In this document: one piece after another, positions 11,244 through 19,636 of the stretch
How the letters are laid out: every line of letters starts with the position of its first letter
Numbering within the stretch: the stretch's first letter is position 1
NCBI RefSeq assembly: GCF_004010195.1
Contig: NC_057717.1
Span: 104,568,003-104,590,497 of the forward strand
Direction: 5' to 3'
DNA length: 22,495 nt
Source: Chiloscyllium plagiosum
Lineage: Eukaryota
The notes under the pieces: generated by a model
What the model saw: the letters and a program-made list of their open reading frames with translations, nothing else
Database searches by the model: none
What the model was told of the DNA's origin: nothing
Made by a program: the position numbers and the translations under genes

Positions 11244-11812
11244 CCCTCAGAGGGCACGGCACCCCCTCTCCGCCCAAACTCAGAGGGCAGGGCACCCCCT
11301 CTCCGCCCAAACTCAGAGGGCAGGGCACCCCCTCTCCGCCCAAACTCAGAGGGCAGGGCACGCCCTCCCCACACACCCTCGGAGGGCAGGGCACCCCCTC
11401 TCCGCCCACCCTCAGAGGGCACGGCACCCCCTCCCTATCCATCCTCGGAGGGCACGGCACCCCCTCCCTGTCCACCCTCGGAGGGCAGGGCACCCCCTCC
11501 CCGTCCACCCTCGGAGGGCACGGCACCCCCTCCCCGTCCACCCTCGGAGGGCACGGCACCCCCTCCCCGCCCACCCTCAGAGGGCACGGGACCCCCTCCC
11601 TACCCATGCTCGGAGGGCACGGCACCCCCTCCCTACCCACCCTCGGAGGGCACAGCACCCCCTCCTTACCCACCCTCAGTAGACACGGCACCCCTCCTTA
11701 CGCACTCTCAGTGGGCACAGCACTCCCTACCTATCTACCCTCTGAGGGCACAGCACCCCCTTTTCCCATCCTCGGAGGGTGTGGCACCCCCTCCCGACCG
11801 ATCCTCAGAGTG
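11244..11812. repeat. 33-bp GC-rich minisatellite, ~17 units
   Basis: Unit CCCTCGGAGGGCACGGCACCCCCTCCCCGTCCA; gives the 11-aa periodicity in the overlapping ORFs. Confidence 0.95.
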
Positions 11813-11900
11813 CAGCGCTCCCTCTGGAGGTCACCGGAAGGGAGCTGCAAAGTGATCGGTTGTTTTGGTCTGACTTTATTAAGGAATGGAATCGACTTAC

Positions 11901-12007
11901 ACTGCCTGTTCCTCCAACTCGTCGCCTATTTGTGTTGACATGCTCTTTAGGACCGCACTGCTTCCCAGGACCAGATCCAGTTGGTCATCTTGCTGTTCCA
12001 TTATCAG
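11901..12007 (-). CDS. STX10: Syntaxin-10 coding exon 6, N-terminal half of the Qc-SNARE motif including the 0-layer Gln
   Basis: Acceptor tctgtgcag|CTG. 107 nt encoding [35 protein letters not shown](V). Donor GT|GTAAGT. Confidence 0.92.
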
Positions 12008-12137
12008 CTGCACAGACACCAGGGGGAAGAGTTATATCAGCACACACCCTGCCCTCCAGAAACTGAGGGATCTCCTTGTGCTTCACACCAAAGCAACACT
12101 TAAAATCCCAATTCGTTGAAATTCAGTTAAACTAGAA

Positions 12138-12455
12138 TGTATTGCCTGTCCCTAATTACCCTTCAGAAAATGGTGAAGGGAACTGAACCTCTACTGAGCC
12201 TGGGGTGGAGGGAGCCCGCAACACTGGGATTCAGGGATTTGGACCCAGTGACAGTGAAGGAATAGCAATATATTCCCAAGTCAGTATGGTGGGTGGCTCA
12301 GAGGGGGACTTGCAGGGTGTCCTGTTCCCATGTATCTGTTGCCCTTGTCCTTCTAGATGGAAGTGCTCATGGTTTTAGAGGGTGCTCTCAGAACAGCCTT
12401 GGTGAATTTCTGCAGTGCATCTTGTACATGACCCACACTGCTGCCAGTACAGCTC
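12138..12455 (-). mobile_element. L2/CR1-group LINE 3' fragment
   Basis: attgcctgtccctaattaccctt...gacccagtgacagtgaagga...ttcccatgtatctgttgcccttgtccttctagatggaagt...tctgcagtgcatcttgta. Confidence 0.65.
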
Positions 12456-12729
12456 CAATGGACTGAGCTGCTAACAGTCACAGTCTTGGATTTAATACAA
12501 GGATGGGATGCTTCAGAATAACACAGTCCTGGGCTCGAAATCCAGCCCACACTACTGAGTGTGTCCCAGGCTTCCGGGGCTGACTAACCATCAGTGCAAC
12601 CACACTGCCTTTGAAAACAAAACCCCCGTTCCAGGGCCTAATGAAGCCTCCTCCTGCCCATCGGCTACATACGAGAGAAAGGAAGGGGAAGGAAGGGGAA
12701 GGAGGAAACAGAAAAAGAATTCTCAGCAG

Positions 12730-12868
12730 CATGGCATGTGCTGGGAAACCCCAGAACAGGATACTATCGGCAGTGACATAGCATGGGCTGGGAAACCCGG
12801 GATTGGGATACTGTCGACAGTGACATGGGCTGGGAAACCCGGAGCGGGATACTGTCAGCAGTGACATG
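12730..12868. repeat. ~42-48-bp tandem repeat, 3 copies
   Basis: catgggctgggaaaccc....ggatactgtc..cagtgacat occurs three times. Confidence 0.85.
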
Positions 12869-13134
12869 CTGTAGCAGTGGAAAAGGATAAGTTGGACTCT
12901 CTTTACATTATCTTTATTCACGTTATTCTAAGTTAATGTACTATGCTCCTCTGTACAGAAACAGCACACAGTTTCCACTGTATTTTATACTGAATACACA
13001 CGAAAATAAAGGATATTCTAAAAGGATTTTCCAAACGGAATGTGTTCAAAACATATTGCTCACATACAGCTCTCACAGGATGGCAGATAGTTCAGTTTCA
13101 ACCTCAGTTAGTACACTACACACACTTACAACTC

Positions 13135-13400
13135 TCAATCCTGTCACCCCCTCCACCCATAAGCCCCCTCCCCATCTCAATCACCCATTCCAGCTCCTAC
13201 ACCCCTCCCCATCTCAATCACTCTTTCCAGCTTCTACACCCATCCCTATCTGTTACCTCCTCCAGCCCCTACATCCCTCCCTAGCTGTGTAACCCCCTCC
13301 AGCCCCTACACTCCACACTATCTCTGTCACCACCTCCAGCTCCTACAGCCCCTCCCTATCTCTAATCTCCTCCAGCCCCCTTCACTCCCTCCCTATCTCT
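13135..13400. repeat. C-rich ~36-bp minisatellite, left block
   Basis: Unit approximately CCTCCAGCCCCTACACCCCTCCCTATCTCTGTCACC. Confidence 0.85.
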
Positions 13401-13617
13401 TTCTGAATTCTTTAGGGATCAGGACACTATCGCAAGAATACCAAATCTCGCAGGGAACACCAATTTCTATTGTACAAAAAGACAATGCTAATCCATTTGC
13501 AGAAAGGTAGGATTTGGTAATCGTAATGTTTTCTCCTCAAGATTTGTATTAATTATGAATTGAATTAATTAATATTAATTGTTTATTGATATAGTAATGC
13601 ATTAAAGTTCAAACATT

Positions 13618-13945
13618 TAGAGTCATAGAGATGTACAGCACGGAAACAGACTGTTCGGTCCAACCAGTCAATGCCGCCCCATAATCCCAAACTAAACTCG
13701 TCCCCCCTGCCTGCTCTGTCACCCCCTCCAGCCCCAAATCCTTTCCTATCCATGTCCTTATCCAAAAGTCTTATAAACGTTGTTACCGTACCCACATCCA
13801 CCACATCCTCTGGCAGTTCATTCCACACATGAACCACCCTCCGTGTGTCAAGAAAATCACCTCCCGTGTCCTTTTGCAATTTTTCTCATTTCACTTCCGT
13901 GGTATACCCGTCGTCTTGAAATCTCCCACCCTGGGGAAAAGGTCG
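13618..13945 (-). mobile_element. CR1/HER1-type LINE 3' end
   Basis: FLDTRRVVHVWNELPEDVVDVGTVTTFIRLLDKDMDRKG plus the tail tagagtcatagagatgtacagcacggaaacaga. Confidence 0.85.
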
Positions 13946-13964
13946 CCTATCAATCACCCTCACC

Positions 13965-14135
13965 ATACAGTCTGTCACACCTCACCACCTCTGGGTCACT
14001 GTCACCTCCCCTAGCCCCTACTCCCCTCCCTATCTCTGTAACCCCCTCCAGCCCCTATACCCCCTCCATATCTCTGTCACCCCCTCCAGCTCCTACACCC
14101 CTCCCTATCTCTGTAACCTCCTCTAACCCCTCTCT
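13965..14135. repeat. C-rich ~36-bp minisatellite, right block
   Basis: Same unit as 13135-13400. Confidence 0.85.
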
Positions 14136-14408
14136 CCTCTGGAGTCGCTGCCTGGGATCTGGCTCCTTTTAGTCACTAGCTTCATATCTCTGCCTGTGAC
14201 TCTATACCCCTGCTGGATAACATAAATCACTTTGGAATGGTTTACTACACTTGAGCCAAACTTGTTACCATCTCTGTCAGAGACCGTGGAGCCCCTCTCC
14301 TCCCTTCTCCACCAAGCATAGGTTTTAAATTTTCAATCCTCTCTCTAGCTGTTGGTGTTATCCTGCACTCGGTGACAGAGGGAGTCAGACTCCTGTCTGA
14401 GCACTTAC

Positions 14409-14525
14409 CTGCTGCTGGGCCCTCTGCTCCTCAACGTACTGGGAGTTGACATTCTCCAGCTCCTGGTCTAGGCGCCTGTATCTGTCCATGGGCTTGTGCT
14501 GATCCTCAATGCCCCCAAGCAGACT
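14409..14525 (-). CDS. STX10: Syntaxin-10 coding exon 5, linker
   Basis: Acceptor ttgttgtag|AGT. 117 nt encoding SLLGGIEDQHKPMDRYRRLDQELENVNSQYVEEQRAQQQ. Donor CAG|GTAAGT. Translated by hand; not in the ORF track. Confidence 0.9.
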
Positions 14526-14669
14526 CTACAACAACAGCAAGAGTAGGTGAGTCCTTGCCTTGCCAAGTCTGTCACACAAAGGTGATGCTGCTTACCGTCT
14601 GAGAGCTCAACAATTTAAAAAAAAACAGACTGGGGTGTGTGTTACCCTTCTCAAGGGCTCAGACAGTTC

Positions 14670-14825
14670 GTAGAGATGTACAGCACAGAAACAGACCCTT
14701 CAGTCCAACTCGTCAATGCCAGTCAGATATCCCAACTCATCCATGCCAGTTAGATGTCCCAACCCATCAATGCCAATCAGATATCCCAACCCATCCATGC
14801 CAGTCAGATATCCCAACCCAATCTC
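14670..14825 (-). mobile_element. CR1/HER1 LINE tail carrying a 27-bp tandem expansion (4 units plus a partial)
   Basis: tagagatgtacagcacagaaacagacccttcagt, then ccaac at 14705, 14732, 14759, 14786 and 14813 (unit CCAACCCATCCATGCCAGTCAGATATC). Confidence 0.8.
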
Positions 14826-14862
14826 CAAGATCAAGGTCCAAGGAAGACCAGAGCTTTACCCT

Positions 14863-14926
14863 ATGGTTTCCATACACTCTGAAAGCAGAGCCAAATGGTT
14901 TCCATACACTCTGAAAGCAGAGCCAA
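14863..14926. repeat. Perfect 32-bp tandem duplication
   Basis: ATGGTTTCCATACACTCTGAAAGCAGAGCCAA x2. Confidence 0.95.
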
Positions 14927-15854
14927 TGACCGGAGAGAATATCTGGGAGGAAACCACTCAGCCCTTGGAAGGACTACCCCATCGTTCTATCATTTACCTC
15001 GAGAATTTTCTCCAGTTCCCTTTTGGAAGTGAGAGGGCGATGGGAACATCACAATGATTCACTGCGCAAAAGCATTTCTCTTCCCCATCTGGATCTTTTG
15101 CCAATTATTTTAAATCTGTGTCCTCTGGTTAAAACCCCCCGTCTCAACAGAAGCTGCGTTTTTTCATTCACTCTATTGAATCCTTCATGATTTTGCGCAC
15201 CTCCATGAAATCTTTGAGAAAGGGAATAATCCTATTCTCATCCTCCACAGAACAGTTTAACAAAACATTCCCTTCCCGTGGTGTCACTGACACTGTTTCC
15301 AGTTATTTGCAAGTTGAATATTTTTAGTCAAAATACAAAGGTTTTGTATTCCCAGAGGCAGCCGTGGTTCGGGAAGTGATGAGCAAGTGGAATAGCTGTG
15401 CTCACTGACTCTGTCAAACCCCAGCCCTCCAGTAGAATTCCCATTCCTCTTCACTATCCAGATATTGGACAAAATGAACAAGGTTTTAGCTGGGTGCCTG
15501 CGTCGGTGATTCTAAACATCTTTATGGAGGTCAGATGTAAAGTTTAAGAGCTGGACATTTTTCTTTACTTTCGGCTTTTATTTCTGCTGGGTTTTTTTAA
15601 AGTTCTGGTTTTGCAACCAAGATGGCCCCAGAGAATGGTGACATTGTACACTTTTCACTATCCTCACCTATATTCCTACAGAATTAGATTTTATGGTCAC
15701 ATACACTCGTGTATTCCTATATTTAATTACACATGACAATAAAATCTAATTCTATTTCTCTGAGATGTGCAAAAACATTGAAACATTTGACAGCACTCAG
15801 TATCTCAGCTCATGCAGGCAGACATGATGTAGACACATCGGTGTTCAACTGGGC

Positions 15855-16053
15855 TGGACAAAGTCAGATGTCACACGACACCAGGTTATAGTCCAACAAG
15901 TTTGTTTGGAATCACAAGCTTTTGGAGCACTGCTCCTTCATCAGGTGAAGTGTCTTCCACACCTGAAGAAGGAGCAGCACTCCAAAAAATTGTGATTTCA
16001 AATAAACCCATTGGACTGTAACCTGGGTGGCATGTGACATCTGACTTTGTCCA
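15855..16053. mobile_element. Family B fold-back element with two inverted ~93-bp Penelope-like terminal arms
   Basis: 15855-15947 is the imperfect reverse complement of 15960-16053, with a 12-nt centre. Confidence 0.8.
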
Positions 16054-16132
16054 CACTGACAGAGTAAGAGCAGAGGGTGCTGCGGAGCATGAGACTCAAG
16101 ACAGAGAAAGTGAAATTCAAACAGCCACCCAC

Positions 16133-16195
16133 CTGTCGGTTCCTCCTTTCTCCAAACGCAACAGCAGCAGGACTTGTAATGTGATCTTTCATTTC
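16133..16195 (-). CDS. STX10: Syntaxin-10 coding exon 4
   Basis: Acceptor ctctctag|GAA. 63 nt encoding EMKDHITSPAAVAFGERRNRQ, close to the recalled human STX10 EMKDHMVSPTAVAFLERNNRE. Donor CAG|GTGGGT. Confidence 0.92.
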
Positions 16196-16643
16196 CTAGA
16201 GAGGTGAGGAAAAGCTTGTTATAAACACCGAGCATCCCTAGCAATAATTCTAATTCAAGAGTCTTGCAGTTTATCGAGCCAGAGAGCTGGCAACAAGACT
16301 GAAATAGTAAGTTCAATTCCTAATGGTTCATGCAGTGTAGGTTTAGGTGTAGCATGTACCTTACTTCCACATGTTGTTCCTATTGGTTTTGACCGTGATC
16401 CTCAGCCCACTGTGACTGACTAACCTGACAACGTTCACGATCTCGAGCTGAAAGGGGTGAGCTACTTTCAAGGACAGGAGAGCATGAGACAACAGGACCA
16501 CTACACTGCTCCCAAATCAAGCTTCAGCCTCATGGTAACACTATTAACTCACTGACTGAAAGGCATTGGCACCCAGATTATTATTGAAGGATAATCAGAG
16601 AAATACTGTGACCTGGTGTGTGTTCAGCAGTGCATGTCGCTAC

Positions 16644-16738
16644 CTTCACAGTTTGTCTCATTCTGAGGACAAATGCTTTCCTCTCTTGCAGTTCTGCAGT
16701 CTCGATCTTGAACTTCCGAGGATTTGATTCCACAATGC
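16644..16738 (-). CDS. STX10: Syntaxin-10 coding exon 3
   Basis: Preceded by TTCCTTAAC-tatcgcaa-AC (U12 acceptor). 95 nt encoding (S)IVESNPRKFKIETAELQERKAFVLRMRQTVK. Donor AAG|GTAGCG. Confidence 0.92.
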
Positions 16739-16997
16739 GTTTGCGATAGTTAAGGAACAAGGATGCAATTAAAGGTAAGAGCAACAGTCAGGAAACCATG
16801 AGAAGGGCAATTCACTCAGCACAGAGTAAACATGTTGCCAATTGGAAAATGCAAATTCAATTAAATTACAATAAAATGGGATAAGATAAAACAAACCAAA
16901 TACAAAACATGAATTTGGCACTATTTTAAAGCACAATTTAATAAAAACATCACAGCAGTTACTGAAATCCTGAAGTCTGGTCTTGCAAGGTTAATTA

Positions 16998-17042
16998 AAC
17001 CCTTGAAAACCATTGGCAAACCTTTGAAAACCATTGGCAAAA
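16998..17042. repeat. 21-bp tandem duplication
   Basis: aaacccttgaaaaccattggc / aaacctttgaaaaccattggc. Confidence 0.9.
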
Positions 17043-17084
17043 CAAAAATCAAAGATGAGACCAGACAAATTTTGTTGCACAATT

Positions 17085-17285
17085 CAAGATTTATCAAGAC
17101 CTGTAAAAACGGTAGAAGCTGATTCCATCAATACCTTTGAGAAGGATTTGCTCCGATAGGCAAGGATGGAGAAAACAGAAAGTTCCAGACAGAATGTGGG
17201 GATGTTGGACAAAATGAGAGTGCTTTTTGAAAGAGCCAGCAGAGCACAATGGGCTGAACAGCCTCCTGTACTGATTCCATGAACC
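17085..17285 (+). mobile_element. Degenerate CR1-type LINE 3' end inside the U12 intron
   Basis: ggtagaagctgattccatcaatacctt...gaaagagccagcagagcacaatgggctgaacagcctcct. Confidence 0.55.
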
Positions 17286-17946
17286 AACTCAGCACAGAAC
17301 GGGCTAACACCTGGGAACGTTTCTGAGCAACAGGACATATAGGACCAACATTGGAGAGTGTTGTACTATGTGAAACAGAACCTCCTGTTGCAGGAGATAC
17401 TTTTGACCCTTCAGAGTCACTTTAATCTCTCAGCCACACACATAACATGAAATGTATTTGACATTGACCCACATATGGAAGAATTATAGAAACATACACG
17501 TGATCCTTTCAGCTTCTAGTTAGCCCGGGGTGTTCACTTTTTGACTACTTCCCTGGTGTTAATTTTCAGAAATTTACTGCTTTTCTCTTGATCACCTCAC
17601 ACCCAACTTGCTGAGCCAGCTCCTGCTCCCAGTTTATTCACTTCACAGAAACATTGACCCACAATCCCACACCCTGACCAGCAGCAGTTGGCAGGATATC
17701 TCTGTATATCCCTTCGCCTCAAACTCAAGGGGTAACTGCTGCCTCTGTGGGGGATGGGTGAACACGGCATTGGGAGAGAGGGTGGTGTGGGGGGGTTACA
17801 TTTTTCCCTGCATTTTCCCAGGTGATAAAATACCAACACGGCTCAGACAAACCAGAGCCTTGGCCCATCGGCATTCAATCTAACCTTAGCATGGGGTGAG
17901 ACTCAGAAGGGGAGCAGGAGGCTGTGCTCCTGCCACTGGAGGATAT

Positions 17947-18116
17947 TGATTGTCTCATCCAGATCCTCGAGGTCCCACTCGATACTGCGCAGGCTGTTCC
18001 GGAGCTCATTAGTCGTCCAGTCATATTCCTCTCTGCTGACGGCCTGGGTGTCCTGTAGTAACTCACCCCATCGCTGGTACAGTCCCCGGGCTGTGTTCAC
18101 TGCCTTCTGAACCTCT
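17947..18116 (-). CDS. STX10: Syntaxin-10 (STX6/STX10 family) coding exon 2, Habc domain
   Basis: Acceptor tttcattgcag|A. 170 nt encoding [65 protein letters not shown] is STX10-like. Ends at the U12 donor ATATCCTCC. Confidence 0.93.
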
Positions 18117-18794
18117 CTGCAATGAAAGAAAGACATCTCAGGAGCAGCTCATCTTGGGGCGGGGGAAGGTACCACCTTATACATCCTTTTAAAAGTGTAC
18201 TCACTGCTGTGTTGCCAATCTGAGCACAGCAAGATCCCACAAGCTGCAATGTTCCTTAGTTGCTGTTTGAGGGGATAATGGGGAACACACCAGCTTTTCT
18301 TCCACAGTGCCAGGCAGACGGGACCTCTGTTTACAAACAGGACCACTCTCCCACCCCACCTTGCCACAGCACTGGGGCATCTCTTCAGAGCTGACCCTGG
18401 GGTCAGATTCACACCCAGCCCAGGCTCCGCGATAGGCCTGGAACCCACATCAATAGCAGCCGGCAGCAAGGGTTCAGTGGGAAGCTCCTTTCACACTCTT
18501 TACCCCTAACTCAACCCCCCAACTCATTCTCCACACCCTCCTCTACACTTCCCCCAGACACCCCTCCCACCCCCCAGCACCTCCCCTCCCATCACTTATT
18601 CCCTCTCTACTACCGTTGACTCAACCCCCCACTACGAACACTACCTCCTCCAAAGCCACCCCAGTCTCGGGGAAGGGGTGGTGAGTGTACGAGGTACAGT
18701 CCCAGCCTGGTAACATGCAGACTGCAGAGATTCGGCACTAACAAACCCCAAACCCTTTTGCTACCCTTCTCCTCAAAGGCCAGTAAGGGGGCAG

Positions 18795-19525
18795 TGGGAC
18801 AATATCCTGACTGGGATCCCCTCACAGTGAAGGGGGGTGGGGGACAGTGTCCTGACTGGGATACCCTCACAGTGAGGGGTGGGGGACAGTGTCCTGACTG
18901 AGATCCCCTCACAGTGAAGGGGGGTGTGGGGACAGTGTCCTGACTGGGATCCCCTCACAGTGAGGTGGGGGTTGGGGGACAGTATCCTGACTGAGATCCC
19001 CTCACAGTGAAGGGGGGTAGGGGGATAGTGTCCTGACTGGGACCCCCTCACAGTGAGGAGGGGTGGGTGGGACAATGTCCTGACTGGGATCGCCTCACAG
19101 TGAGGGGGGTGTGGGGATCAGTGTCCTGACTGGGAGGACTGTGTCCTGATTGGGATCGCTCACAGTGAGTGGGGGGGCGTGTGGGGACAGTGTCCTGACT
19201 GGGATCCCCTCACAGTGAGGGGTGGGGGACAATGTCCTGACTGAAACGCCCTCACAGTGAGGGGGGGTGTGGGGAGACAGTGTCCTGACTGGGACCCCCT
19301 CACAGTGAAGGGGGGTGGGGGGACAGTGTCCTGACTGGGATCCCCTCACAGTGAGGGGAGGATTGGGGGACTGTGTCCTGATTGGGATCCCTCACAGTGA
19401 GGGGGGTGTTGTGGGGACAGTGTCCTGACTGAGACCCCCTCACAGTGAGGGGACAGTGGCCTGACTGAGACCGCCTCACAGTGAGGGGACAGTGTCCTGA
19501 CTGAGATCCCCTCACAGTGAGGGGA
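18795..19525. repeat. Palindrome-rich minisatellite, ~16 units of ~36-46 bp
   Basis: Core GGACAGTGTCCTGACTGGGATCCCCTCACAGTGA followed by a variable G-rich spacer. Confidence 0.95.
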
Positions 19526-19573
19526 AGGATTGCGTTGCAGTGCACTGACCATACTGGGTCATAACAGGTTGCA

Positions 19574-19636
19574 TGGTGGTTAGCACTGCTGCCTCACAGT
19601 ACCAGGGACCGGGGTTCGATTCCAGCCTCGGGTGAC
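19574..19636 (+). mobile_element. HE1 SINE 5' head (tRNA-related region)
   Basis: tggtggttagcactgctgcctcacagtaccagggacc with B-box GGTTCGATTCC (19613-19623), then agcctcgggtgac; collinear with the HE1 copy at 2352. Confidence 0.85.

Larger units (their letters stand above)
16739..17946 (-). other. U12-type (minor spliceosome) AT-AC intron, STX10 intron 2
   Basis: 5' splice site ATATCCTCC (17946-17938), branch site TTCCTTAAC (16757-16749), 3' splice site AC (16740-16739). Joining restores A|GC = Ser and the reading frame (ETIS-IVESNPRKF). Confidence 0.93.

Noticed and set aside
11152..11938. ORFs of 110-179 aa with PCPPRV repeats
   Set aside because: They arise from the 33-bp minisatellite and have no homology or splice support.
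8334..18116. Assignment as STX6 or as a pseudogene
   Set aside because: All visible exons splice in frame with no internal stops. Diagnostic residues ([30 protein letters not shown]) favour STX10, though a phylogeny is needed to be certain.
18820..19520. Repeated CACAGTG, the V(D)J RSS heptamer
   Set aside because: There is no ACAAAAACC-like nonamer at 12 or 23 bp and no Ig/TCR segment. The heptamer is simply the centre of the repeat's dyad.
18795..19525. CRISPR-like array (palindromic repeat with variable spacers)
   Set aside because: The context is a eukaryotic intron, the spacers are only 0-10 nt G-runs rather than unique sequences, and there are no cas genes.
18117..19573. STX10 exon 1 and promoter
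   Set aside because: No MSxEDPFFVV-coding segment was found by eye on the minus strand, so exon 1 should lie beyond 22495.
19574..19636. tRNA gene
   Set aside because: A/B-box-like motifs are present, but there is no full cloverleaf and the sequence continues into the HE1 SINE body.
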